From: Eukaryota sp. TZLM1-RC | Lineage: Eukaryota; Protista; Metamonada: BaSk clade | Reading direction: 5' to 3' | NCBI GenBank assembly: GCA_040285825.1 | Contig: JAUPSS010000002.1 | Location: 248,001-312,000, forward strand | DNA length: 64,000 bases | Part shown: positions 10,600 through 22,549 of the stretch, piece by piece | Layout of the letters: the number at the start of each line of letters is the position of its first letter | Numbering within the stretch: the first letter of the stretch is position 1 | Made by a program: the position numbers and the translations under genes | The notes under the pieces: generated by a model | Seen by the model: the letters and a program-made list of their open reading frames with translations, nothing else | What the model was told of the DNA's origin: nothing | Database searches by the model: none

Positions 10600-12700
10600 T
10601 AAACCACAAAATTCAAATTCTAAATCTTCATAGCCCAAATCAGCCAAAAAGAATTGACTGGAAGTTTTTCCTTCATAAAAACGACCCAGACATAATATAA
10701 CAGCAAATAATAAGGGTATAACACCTTTAAAATTTGAAAATACAATTCTGTTTGCCAAAACGTCTTGTCAAAAACCTTCCCTGTATGATGTTTCACAATT
10801 TCAACAAAATCATTCAAGAAAGACAAAGCAATTGGCCCAAGGGAGCCATGCACGAAGAAAGCAAATGGACAACGGACACAATGAGTTTGCGATTCGGCAT
10901 TCAAGGATAGCAACTTTGTTGTATTTATCAATCTTGGATTTTTGGGTAACACATAAGGGGTCCTTATGTTTTGACTGAGCTAATGGTAGGAAAGAATTAT
11001 TACAGACATCAGTTGATCTCACATCAATAATGATTGTCGTCCCTTCAAGATTTTCAAGCATTAAATCACTTCTATTTCGACCAAAAAAAACCAAACTATC
11101 TTCATCAACCCAACGAGAACGATGGATCTAAATAGGAACCAATTCAATGTGACTTTGACCTATAATAGAGTTGCTCCCTTATTGCTTTGCGAATTTTTGA
11201 ACGAAAGTAACAAGTGTTTACAATTAAAAAGAAGGTTGGAGAAATTTTTGATCCACATTTGCAAATCAAATTATGAGGTACGTATCGGGCCAAGTGAAAC
11301 ATCAAAGGCGCATTGTACAAGAAAACGTATCATCATCTAAAAGATCACAGATTTGAGGAATTTGAGTAAGTATACACGAAGGAGAACTGTTCTGGGCATC
11401 TAACAAAAAATTTGCGACTGGGGGTTTATCATTTTTGGCCAAGACGAACATTAAAATCCAAGCCTTCAAAAATTATTGTTATTTATTGGTGCAATTTTTA
11501 ACACAATACCTCAAATTGTCTAGCGTTCTAGGTGGTAGTTTCTGTACATTATTGGGAAGACATTTACGCCAAATGTCAGGGGCAAATAATCATGAGTAAT
11601 GTCAAAATCTCTTGAATAGTTATTACTTACATAATTTAGTAAATCAACTTCATTTAAAAAGAGTTTACAAATTTGTTTCGTTTATCAAGGAAAGAGGCTT
11701 TACAAAGAATTGAAGATTTGAAATTTTAATACTACCAAAATTAGATGATGACGACACAGATTTCGAATTAGTTCAGGATTGACATCAATCAAATTAACTT
11801 CCATAAATATGTCAAGTCTATATCTTTTGAAATTGAACTGGGTTGAAATTTGCTTCCAATCTGGCTACAAAATTAGTTGTGTGATCATTATTACCCAAGT
11901 TCAATGAGTAATCAATTTAATGGGGAATATTGACTTCTTGATGTACTTCTCCTCCTAATAAATAAATTTTAAAATAAATTATTAGTATTATTCAAAATAA
12001 AAAATAATAGAGGATACTCCTTTCCCACAACAGATGTTTCATCAATAACCTTACATCCTTGTAAAATCATAAATTTGACATTACAGGTGAATGATGCAAA
12101 GTTGAGCTTATTTTAAATAAAATAGGGACAGAACTAGTAAATGTAACTGAAAATGCACCATGAATTTAATTTTTCATCGAAACGAATCATAAAGAAAAAC
12201 TTCTCTTGTGCTGGACTTGATCCAAAGACAACAAGAACCCGAAGTTAACCAATAGTGAATTGTTGGACAAAAAATGCAGGTCTGAAAGAATCAATGCATC
12301 ATTAAAGGGTAAAAGAATCAAAGTGTCTCCTTCATTACAGGATTTGATCAAATGTTGAAAAATTTTCAACATCTCTTCTGAAAAAAATAATGGGGCAGAT
12401 GTGACGGGCACAAGTATTTTTGTATTGTGACGGTGGAATTGATTACTGATTGATATATTTTCTGATCGAATCCATGACCTGTTCATCATCTAACCACCTG
12501 TCCTTGAAATAATTACTTTGTGGCCCTCCAAATGATAAATTTCAAACATCAAACTGATTTTAAACATTAGTAAAAAAGTGATGTCTTGAAGTGCATTAGG
12601 AGGACTACGGCATACCAAGAGCACCACAACAGTAATTATGATATTACACATATTTCGTGTCTTCCTAGATTGGGTAATATCATAGCAATGTTATGGGTAC
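10600..12700 (-). mobile_element. Decayed RLE non-LTR retrotransposon (family C)
   Basis: RNRSDLMLE..IIIDVRSTDV..KIDKYN and CPFAFFVHGSLG fragments; CKC knuckle upstream; multiple frameshifts. Confidence 0.75.
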
Positions 12701-13166
12701 ACATTCACTAACTACCAGGTTTGCTAAATTGTTTTTTTTTATTTTTTTCTGAATTGTGGGGCGCCTATTTCTTAACCAGAAAAATTAAACAATTTTAACA
12801 TCACCAAATTACTTCCTCAAATGAGAGTAATCTTCACATACTTTGTGAAACACGTGTTGAGCAAGAGCAAGTTCCACAACCTCAACCATTTTACCAAGAC
12901 CTTTGTATAAGCTGAAGACAAATCGATTGGTCCAGAATTTTAACCTAAATGAAGGGTGTTTTTTAATGATGAAATTATTAAATTCATCCGAAACAAGGAT
13001 GCCTCAGGTCCCAATCGTCCATTCAGAGAAATGGCAAAACCATTGAATTTCACAGTTTTTCTTCGTTTAGATTTTGGAAACTTATTCATTTTGACTACTA
13101 AAGGATCATAATGATTGTGCTTGATCAATTCGTTTCATTTTAGGAAGCAAATTTCAGCCAAAAATC

Positions 13167-13238
13167 TTCTCTCACTGAGAATCGAACTCAGATTGCCAGA
13201 TTCAAAGTCTGGCGTGCTAGCCATTACACTATGAGAGA
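13167..13238 (-). tRNA. tRNA-Gln(TTG)
   Basis: 72 nt: acceptor TCTCTCA/TGAGAGA, D arm GTGT..GCAC, anticodon arm CCAGA-CTTTGAA-TCTGG, T arm CTGAG-TTCGATT-CTCAG. Confidence 0.92.
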
Positions 13239-13319
13239 CTGCAATTTTTAAGTGCTTTGGTGTTCTGAGAAAGTATTATATAAAAGTAAAAGGAAGTAAA
13301 GTAGTAAAAGGAAAAAACA

Positions 13320-13465
13320 ATCAAAAGATTTCATATTTTTTTATGGTGTTCTCGAATTCAATTTGCCATTATTAATAGATTACCTCGGTTTTTCAATCGA
13401 ATAAGAGAATCTTTAGCTCGACAGCAAGCAGATCAAGATTTTGTAGAGGAAATCTTGGTTCAATG
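13320..13465 (+). mobile_element. Short 3'-terminal fragment of RLE family A
   Basis: Matches the reverse complement of about 23035..23180 (RIQFAIINRLPRFFNRIRE...VEEILV). Confidence 0.75.
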
Positions 13466-13760
13466 ATATTCGTCCCATTAATTATGAATTCATTTTAATT
13501 AAGTGTGCATGCTCAATAAGTATTTTCTCTTGATAAAAGTAATCATAGTGCCAAATAATTGCAATTTACAACCAAATGTTTGCTCCACCGTCAATTTCTT
13601 TTGTATTTGTCGATCTAAAATCCACAAACCTAACACCCATTGGATAGTTCCTGTAGAATATTAGTTGCTTATACAAATAAATAACACACTGACAATCGAA
13701 AAAGTTTAACCAAATTCAAGCAATACCAGTTGGTCATTACATGAGGAAATTCCCCATAAG

Positions 13761-14874
13761 TGTTGTAGTTACTGATAAATAATGTTAGTAGTTATCTCAG
13801 GATTTCACTTGATGACGTGGCACTCGTTGAAGAACGGGTTTCTTTATTAATAAACGTTCTTTTCTCTCTCCTTACTTCTTTGGTATTTCTGCCTAACGGC
13901 ATCAATAATTATTGGCCCTCACTGCAGATGCTTTCTACCCGCGTAGTACTCCCTCTCTTGATTCCATGAAAGTGGATGATGTGCTCTTGTTTTTACAGGA
14001 GTGGAAGGTGTACTCTTCTGTTACACCGAAGAAGGACCTTGTTCCAGCAAGGCTCCCCGTGGACCCCTTCTTGTTGGAATCATTAATTCTCACAAGACCT
14101 GGGGGTCGATTCGTCCGATGAGGTGTTTCTGGATTATCTTAGATCCTCCACTTCATTTTCCTTGTACGAGGAATTCAACTTGGCGATGGCTGAGTTGAAG
14201 GTTGATGTCCGTAAGGGCGACGTTCGTGAACGTATGTCCTGCTACCTGAGACGTTTCCTTCAGGCGAAAAGCAGGGCTTCCGGACTGAAATTGCCTGACT
14301 CAGCCTTCATGCTCCGATTCGCCAAGGGGATTCTTCCAATAGGATAACAGAAATCACTGATTTCTCGCATTAGGGACGAGGTATTCCCCGACTTTTCTAC
14401 ATTGGTAAGTACTGCAGAAGATGAACTCCTTGATTGCTCTCGAGTAACCTCTTGGAACAGACCTTTAAAGACTTTTCATGAAACTACTGACTTTCTGCGC
14501 CAAGCTGGAATGAAATCTCGGTCATCCAACACATCCCGCAATCTGGCTGAAGGAACCTGCTTCAAGTGCCATCAGAAGGGCCATTTGTCTCGCGATTGTC
14601 CCTCTAAAGTAAAGCACGGATTGAATCATCTCCGTGTCTGCAACGACCCACCCCAGAATTTGTCGAATCCCCTCTCCTCATTGTGTTAAGTTATTTTTGA
14701 AACTGTTGAAAGGAAAATGGGAAGAAGTAGTGTTATAGTTACTGATAAATAATGTTAGTAGTTATCTCAGGATTTCACTTGATGACGTGGCACTCGTTGA
14801 AGAACGGGCTTCTTTATTAATAATCGTTCTTTTCTCTCTCCTTACTTCTTTGGTATTTCTGCCTAACGGCATCA
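13761..14874 (+). mobile_element. Gag-only non-autonomous LTR element (LTR family 1), 1114 bp
   Basis: 144-bp LTRs 13761..13904 and 14731..14874 (TG..CA, 3 differences), TSD TAAG, PPT GGGAAGAAGTAG; gag-like frame from ATG 13928 with knuckle CFKCHQKGHLSRDC and one internal TAA; no pol. Confidence 0.93.
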
Positions 14875-15773
14875 TAAGTATATGATCAATTTCCGTGCGG
14901 AATAATTTCAAATACTATATACTACACAGATACTGAGGCCGTGGTTTACAACTCACTGTGGCTTCAGCAATTGTAAACATATTCAAGTAAGCCAACTTAT
15001 TTCTATTGAAAAGCTTTGTTGAGCCTTTGTTAATCAATTTACAACTTTCACTGTAACAAGCTAATAAACCATGACATGTAGTAACTAATTTCTTTTCTCT
15101 TTACAGTGCCTTATTGTCAAAATAATCAATTAAATTAGTTTTAAGGCGGAGATGTCTTGCAAAATCAGAAGAAATCATTTCAAATTTCGAACTATCAAAG
15201 ATGGAAGTCGAAACAATATTTAAAGATAAAAGTATTTCGAATTGAAAATTAGCTGGAAAATACGGGGATTTTGCTCTGAAAAATACAGAACTACAACAAA
15301 GAAAATATCGACACTCCCTATCATTACCAACAAGCAGGTAATAAATTTCAACAATAAATAACCAATTTATTGTAGAAACACGCCAAAAACTACAGCAAAA
15401 CTGACATACAAGAATGGGTGTTCACCCTTTTCATGCCTAAAAAATAAATAAATAAGTTTTTTATAATAAATGCTTCAATCGGTCTTTCTTGTTAAACTAA
15501 TTCCAGACAAAAGTTTAGTTTTAAGTACATTGCATATTGGTTTTTAGTTTTCCATTTTTTCGAAAGAAACACGTAAGAAAAACGTACGGACTTTATTCCG
15601 AAAAATAGAAAAATACAGATTTTTGGAGGCCTTGTAAAATACAAAATTACGAAACATACAAAAAGGCATTGCATCTGTATTTTCCACGTATGCTTTGAAA
15701 CAGAAAATCAGTTTCAATTATCTGAATTTTTTATCCAAATCTGCAAAATCTTGCTAATGAACTTGGTGAAGGA

Positions 15774-16050
15774 ATGGCTGATTTTCCAAATAATACATCT
15801 ATGAATCGAATTTTTAACTACGCAGCCAAACAAATTCCCATTACTTATGGAAATAATCTCAGCAAACACTTTCATGAATATGTTTTGCGCTGGATAAACA
15901 GTATCACCTTGAAGAAGTTCAGACTACAACAAATTCAATAAAATCATTTGAAGAAAGAATTATTGACTAAACTCAACAAAGTCAGAGAAGCCTTTATCGG
16001 TGGAAACTTTGATGAAATTCCTATTAATGATCAGATTGTTTTTCCCTTTC
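15774..16050 (+). pseudogene. Probable Fanzor N-terminal fragment
   Basis: Reads IFNYAAKQIPITYGNNLSKHFHEYVLRWIN, resembling the Y.NN...HF..Y....IN segment of Fanzor1 proteins; stop soon after. Confidence 0.5.
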
Positions 16051-16261
16051 CCCAGTCAGAGTTGAGTTTGAAGTTTTTTGCTCATGTGAAATATTGTTTA
16101 ATACAAACCTTTATTAAGGGTAAAAAAATTTTATTATACTCAATCCGCCAAGCCATTGAATTTCTCTCTCATGCTATATATATTAACAGAACCAATCAAT
16201 CATTTGGTTTCCAAGATGGCAACTGTTTCATTTCATATTTTATTTTATTTATTTATTTTCA

Positions 16262-16975
16262 ATGCGTACATTTCTTTTCGCTTTACTTGTTGCTGTTGCT
16301 CTAGCCACCAGAGGGTGGGATTTGTCCCATTTCCAAGGAGCAGTTTCTGAATCTTCTCTCAAGTGCCTCAAGGATAATGGATATGTATTCGGTATCATTC
16401 TCTCCCAAAAATCTTCTGGTGGAAAGAACACCTACGCTCCTGGCGTTTATCGCAGAGCAAAGAAGGTAGGCATCAGTTATGTCTTGTATTTCGCTCACCG
16501 TTAGAAAACGTTGATTTCTATATATTCCCACATGTTAAGGAAGATGCTGCTGTTCAAGCCCGCCGTCAAGTGCAATGGCTTAAGTCAGAAGGTGTACTCA
16601 CGAACAACATGTTGTGGATCGATATTGAGGCGAAACAACTCTTCCTTCCTACTCCTGCTCAAAATGTTGCTTTCCTGAAGAAGATGATCGCTGAAATTGA
16701 TCGTTTGTACAAAGGTTGTGGCAAAAGCACATGTGTAGGTATTTATGCTAACAAGTTTGTCGTCTATTCCATTACTGACCCGCAGATATCAATGGACAAA
16801 TATTATGGGCAATAACTCTGAATTCAGCAAGTACGCTCTCTGGTATCCTCACTATGACAATAATCCATCCTTTTCTGACTGGGTTCCTTTTGCTGGATGG
16901 AGGTATCCTGCTATCAAACAGTACAAGGGTACTACTGATATCTGTGGTACTCAGATTGATAAGAACTTTTATTAG
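16262..16975 (+). CDS. Secreted GH25-like lysozyme (protist/nematode type); exons 16262-16475, 16505-16754, 16786-16975
   Basis: Signal peptide; GWDLS, NVDFYIFP, LWIDIE, GIY, LWYPHYD, FAGW, IKQY, DKNFY motifs. Removing GT-AG introns 16476..16504 and 16755..16785 joins three ORFs in frame. Confidence 0.92.
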
Positions 16976-17629
16976 AAAGTTTAATTCCCTCGTAGTTTAT
17001 TATTGCTTTGAATAAAGTTCATTGTATACACAATTGTTTGGTTGATTGGTTGATTGGTGTCTAACAAAACTTGTTCATTAAAGAAAAATTGTAGGTTTAA
17101 CCAATCATCAAATTGGAAGATCAATATAGTAGGTAATTGTGATGCCTGTTTAGAGGGTATCGAATATTAGATAGTTTCGTGGATTGATAAAAATTTGGTA
17201 TATTGGGAAAAATAACAATCATAATTGGGAAATACTCTGATATATTCCAAAAACAGAGAGATAGTTTATAATTATTAGTTTTATAGAATAGATTATCGTA
17301 TAATTGTGCCCTTACACTCAAGCCGCAAGATATGAATTTCACTTCGGGAAATCAATCCGTTTACACCTACATTATAGTATGTCTAACCCCCACAGATTAT
17401 CATCAACAACAGATCGTTTTTCACATGGTTTTGTAGCTCCCACACTATGAGACTGTCGTCAGAAAATAAATATAAATTAATCATTTGCAAAAAATTAACA
17501 ATGCAATATTTGAATACAAATTAGATCTCGAATTCAGAGACAAAAAGACAGCGATCACAAAAATAAGTATGATGATAATTGAAACACATTTTATACAGAT
17601 ATGTATTTATCAATAAAACAATAGCCAAA

Positions 17630-18295
17630 CTACTTTCTGAACATTATGAGTACTAAAAAGAACAAATATCCAGCTGTAACCAATAAAGCTGATGAAGTCC
17701 TACCAGGGCGTTTCAATGACACGGGTTCAGTTGCAGGAGCTTCTGGTTTGGGTACCTTGAGTCTTTGCTTTTGCCCAGCAAAAACTTCTTCAGCTTGTTG
17801 AACATCTTCTTGTGTGTAGTGGACTTCTGACTCATCAGATGAATCTGAGAGAAGAGCAGATTGAATTTCAGGTTGCGACGGCTCTTTTGGCTGATCAACA
17901 GACTGAGAAGTCGGAGATGGAAGTTCCTGATCAACGGGTGCTGATGGGTGTTCGCAGGATGAAATATCACGTTCTGGGGAATCATGTAATCGGGGAGATT
18001 CTTCCTTTGGCGATCTTCCAGGAGATAATCCCAAAGATGAGATCGAACTCACAGGTTCAGGTTGAGGCAAAACTGGAGCGCTTTCCACAGACAAATTCTC
18101 ACCTTTGAAAAATGTACCATCGAGAAAAGAGGCCTCCTCACAACGGGTCTTTGCATCATCACCAGTATAAGACACATAGTAATCACCAGTTTTCATATCA
18201 AAGTAAGCAGAATCCGCTTCCAATAGGTCTGCAATTTCTTGTTGTTCAACATTTTGGGGGACATTGGAGACGACAAGGTGATAAGAGGTTTCCAT
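17630..18295 (-). CDS. RRM-like protein with acidic/Pro-Ser linker and C-terminal transmembrane anchor
   Basis: LVVSNVPQNV..EI..L and LDGTFFKGENLSVE resemble RRM strands; terminal ALLVTAGYLFFLVLIMFRK. Confidence 0.7.
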   Translation of the reverse strand: METSYHLVVSNVPQNVEQQEIADLLEADSAYFDMKTGDYYVSYTGDDAKTRCEEASFLDGTFFKGENLSVESAPVLPQPEPVSSISSLGLSPGRSPKEESPRLHDSPERDISSCEHPSAPVDQELPSPTSQSVDQPKEPSQPEIQSALLSDSSDESEVHYTQEDVQQAEEVFAGQKQRLKVPKPEAPATEPVSLKRPGRTSSALLVTAGYLFFLVLIMFRK

Positions 18296-18689
18296 AAGAG
18301 GCGATCAGAAGATTTTAGTCAAAAAAGTCAATTAGCGAGATTCCATGTGAATAGCGAAAATCTCCTGTCATTCAATTGATGGGTTTTTGAGTAGGTAAAT
18401 GGTTTAGTTAAGGTTTGTTGTTTTGTTTTAAAATGTGTCTGTTTCCAGAATAAATTAGCGAGATAATCTAGTACAATAATTGCTAATATAAGTCTGTTAT
18501 CAATAATTTTGAAATTAGGAGGCCAAGCTGCCCAATGAAAGCAGAGCAGTTGTTCTGCGTAGAGGTCCATGTGAATTAATTGTAAAATATGTAAAATTGA
18601 ATTCTGTATTGAACTGTATTTCAGCAAATGATGATTTGATTAAACCCTAAATAAATATTTCTATTTTGAAAACCGCTGTCCAAATGATG

Positions 18690-19017
18690 TTGATTTACTG
18701 AATTCTGTGAAAAACCTTGACAATGCTCTTGATTGTTTGCCCATGACGTTTGGAGTAAATGCTTCCCAATAATGTACAAAGACTACCACCTAGAACACTA
18801 GACAATTTGAGGTATTGTATTAAAAATTGCACCAATAAATAACAATAATTTTTGAAGGCTTCGATTTTGATGTTCGTCTTGGCTCGGCCAAAAATGATTA
18901 TCCCGCTTTCGCAAATTTTTGTTAGATGCGCAAAAATGTTCTTCTTCGTGTTTAATTCCTCAAATTTCTCAAATTTATGGTGTTCTTTTAGATGATGATA
19001 CGTTTTCTTGTACAATG
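18690..19017 (+). mobile_element. Older RLE family C-like copy, 5' part (continues at 22550..22990)
   Basis: Diverged homologue of 22310..22549; breaks at TGTACAATG. Confidence 0.7.
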
Positions 19018-19018
19018 C

Positions 19019-20108
19019 AAGAAGTAAGGAGAGAGAAAAGAACGATTATTAATAAAGAAGCCCGTTCTTCAACGAGTGCCACGTCATCAAGTGAAATCCT
19101 GAGATAACTACTAACATTATTTATCAGTAACTATAACACTACTTCTTCCCATTTTCCTTTCAACAGTTTCAAAAATAACTTAACACAATGAGGAGAGGGG
19201 ATTCGACAAATTCTGGGGTGGGTCGTTGCAGACACGGAGATGATTCAATCCGTGCTTTACTTTAGAGGGACAATCGCGAGACAAATGGCCCTTCTGATGG
19301 CACTTGAAGCAGGTTCCTTCAGCCAGATTGCGGGATGTGTTGGATGACCGAGATTTCATTCCAGCTTGGCGCAGAAAGTCAGTAGTTTCATGAAAAGTCT
19401 TTAAAGGTCTGTTCCAAGAGGTTACTCGAGAGCAATCAAGGAGTTCATCTTCTGCAGTACTTACCAATGTAGAAAAGTCGGGGAATACCTCGTCCCTAAT
19501 GCGAGAAATCAGTGATTTCTGTTATCCTATTGGAAGAATCCCCTTGGCGAATCGGAGCATGAAGGCTGAGTCAGGCAATTTCAGTCCGGAAGCCCTGCTT
19601 TTCGCCTGAAGGAAACGTCTCAGGTAGCAGGACATACGTTCACGAACGTCGCCCTTACGGACATCAACCTTCAACTCAGCCATCGCCAAGTTGAATTCCT
19701 CGTACAAGGAAAATGAAGTGGAGGATCTAAGATAATCCAGAAACACCTCATCGGACGAATCGACCCCAGGTCTTGTGAGAATTAATGATTCCAACAAGAA
19801 GGGGTCCACGGGGAGCCTTGCTGGAACAAGGTCCTTCTTCGGTGTAACAGAAGAGTACACCTTCCACTCCTGTAAAAACAAGAGCACATCATCCACTTTC
19901 ATGGAATCAAGAGAGGGGAGTACTACGCGGGTAGAAAGCATCTGCAGTGAGGGCCAATAATTATTGATGCCGTTAGGCAGAAATACCAAAGAAGTAAGGA
20001 GAGAGAAAAGAACGTTTATTAATAAAGAAACCCGTTCTTCAACGAGTGCCACGTCATCAAGTGAAATCCTGAGATAACTACTAACATTATTTATCAGTAA
20101 CTACAACA
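19019..20108 (-). mobile_element. Duplicate of the gag-only LTR element, 3' LTR truncated
   Basis: 5' LTR 20108..19965; 3' LTR 19138..19019 lacks its last ~24 bp; shares the upstream flank with the 13761 copy, so it is a segmental copy and not a new insertion. Confidence 0.9.
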
Positions 20109-20630
20109 CTTATGGGGAATTTCCTCATGTAATGACCAACTGGTATTGCTTGAATTTGGTTAAACTTTTTCGATTGTCAGTGTGTTATTTATTTGTATAA
20201 GCAACTAATATTCTACAGGAACTATCCAATGGGTGTTAGGTTTGTGGATTTTAGATCGACAAATACAAAAGAAATTGACGGTGGAGCAAACATTTGGTTG
20301 TAAATTGCAATTATTTGGCACTATGATTACTTTTATCAAGAGAAAATACTTATTGAGCATGCACACTTAATTAAAATGAATTCATAATTAATGGGACGAA
20401 TATCATTGAACCAAGATTTCCTCTACAAAATCTTGATCTGCTTGCTGTCGAGCTAAAGATTCTCTTATTCGATTGAAAAACCGAGGTAATCTATTAATAA
20501 TGGCAAATTGAATTCGAGAACACCATAAAAAAATATGAAATCTTTTGATTGTTTTTTCCTTTTACTACTTTACTTCCTTTTACTTTTATATAATACTTTC
20601 TCAGAACACCAAAGCACTTAAAAATTGCAG

Positions 20631-20702
20631 TCTCTCATAGTGTAATGGCTAGCACGCCAGACTTTGAATCTGGCAATCTGAGTTTGATTCTCAGTGAGAG
20701 AA
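20631..20702 (+). tRNA. tRNA-Gln(TTG) duplicate, possible pseudogene
   Basis: Same as 13167..13238 except T-loop TTCGA>TTTGA (C56/B-box change). Confidence 0.75.
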
Positions 20703-22549
20703 GATTTTTGGCTGAAATTTGCTTCCTAAAATGAAACGAATTGATCAAGCACAATCATTATGATCCTTTAGTAGTCAAAATGAATAAGTTTCCAAAATCT
20801 AAACGAAGAAAAACTGTGAAATTCAATGGTTTTGCCATTTCTCTGAATGGACGATTGGGACCTGAGGCATCCTTGTTTCGGATGAATTTAATAATTTCAT
20901 CATTAAAAAACACCCTTCATTTAGGTTAAAATTCTGGACCAATCGATTTGTCTTCAGCTTATACAAAGGTCTTGGTAAAATGGTTGAGGTTGTGGAACTT
21001 GCTCTTGCTCAACACGTGTTTCACAAAGTATGTGAAGATTACTCTCATTTGAGGAAGTAATTTGGTGATGTTAAAATTGTTTAATTTTTCTGGTTAAGAA
21101 ATAGGCGCCCCACAATTCAGAAAAAAATAAAAAAAAACAATTTAGCAAACCTGGTAGTTAGTGAATGTGTACCCATAACATTGCTATGATATTACCCAAT
21201 CTAGGAAGACACGAAATATGTGTAATATCATAATTACTGTTGTGGTGCTCTTGGTATGCCGTAGTCCTCCTAATGCACTTCAAGACATCACTTTTTTACT
21301 AATGTTTAAAATCAGTTTGATGTTTGAAATTTATCATTTGGAGGGCCACAAAGTAATTATTTCAAGGACAGGTGGTTAGATGATGAACAGGTCATGGATT
21401 CGATCAGAAAATATATCAATCAGTAATCAATTCCACCGTCACAATACAAAATACTTGTGCCCGTCACATCTGCCCCATTATTTTTCAGAAGAGATGTTGA
21501 AAATTTTTCAACATTTGATCAAATCCTGTAATGAAGGAGACACTTTGATTCTTTTACCCTTTAATGATGCATTGATTCTTTCAGACCTGCATTTTTTGTC
21601 CAACAATTCACTATTGGTTAACTTCGGGTTCTTGTTGTCTTTGGATCAAGTCCAGCACAAGAGAAGTTTTTCTTTATGATTCGTTTCGATGAAAAATTAA
21701 ATTCATGGTGCATTTTCAGTTACATTTACTAGTTCTGTCCCTATTTTATTTAAAATAAGCTCAACTTTGCATCATTCACCTGTAATGTCAAATTTATGAT
21801 TTTACAAGGATGTAAGGTTATTGATGAAACATCTGTTGTGGGAAAGGAGTATCCTCTATTATTTTTTATTTTGAATAATACTAATAATTTATTTTAAAAT
21901 TTATTTATTAGGAGGAGAAGTACATCAAGAAGTCAAAATTCCCCATTAAATTGATTACTCATTGAACTTGGGTAATAATGATCACACAACCAATTTTGTA
22001 GCCAGATTGGAAGCAAATTTCAACCCAGTTCAATTTCACAAGATATAGACTTGACATATTTATGGAAGTTAATTTGATTGATGTCAATCCTGAACTAATT
22101 CGAAGTCTGTGTTGTCATCATCTAATTTTGGTGGTATTTCAAATCTTCAATTCTTTGTCAAGCGTCTTTTCTTGATAAACGAAACAAATTTGTAAACTCT
22201 TTTTAAATGAAGTTGATTTACTAAATTATGTAAGTAATAACTATTCAAGAGATTTTGACATTACTCATGATTATTTGCCCCTGACATTTGGCGTAAATGT
22301 CTTCCCAATAATGTACAGAAACTACCACCTAGAACGCTAGACAATTTGAGGTATTGTGTTAAAAATTGCACCAATAAATAACAATAATTTTTGAAGGCTT
22401 GGATTTTAATGTTCGTCTTGGCCAAAAATGATAAACCCCCAGTCGCAAATTTTTTGTTAGATGCCCAGAACAGTTCTCCTTCGTGTATACTTACTCAAAT
22501 TCCTCAAATCTGTGATCTTTTAGATGATGATACGTTTTCTTGTACAATG

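Larger units (their letters stand above)
9912..13132. repeat. Composite repeat block (Fanzor tail + RLE family C + RLE family D tail), copy 1
   Basis: Direct copy at 43159..46376, inverted partial copy at about 20737..22549, partial direct copy at about 57640..59250. Confidence 0.9.
11311..14850. repeat. Left arm of a roughly 3.5-kb inverted repeat (partner 19019..22549)
   Basis: Reverse-complement identity through the RLE fragment, tRNA, flank and LTR element; identical ORF translations on opposite strands. Confidence 0.95.
19019..22549. repeat. Right arm of the roughly 3.5-kb inverted repeat
   Basis: Reverse complement of 11311..14850. Confidence 0.95.

Noticed and set aside
13950-14105. 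Compensating frameshifts between the two gag copies as programmed frameshifting
   Set aside because: Both differences are single-base changes in homopolymer runs, typical of sequencing error or slippage.
14345-14347. In-frame TAA/TGA in gag and pol as evidence of a variant genetic code or readthrough
   Set aside because: Host genes end normally at TAA, TAG and TGA and have no internal stops; the stops occur only in decaying elements.
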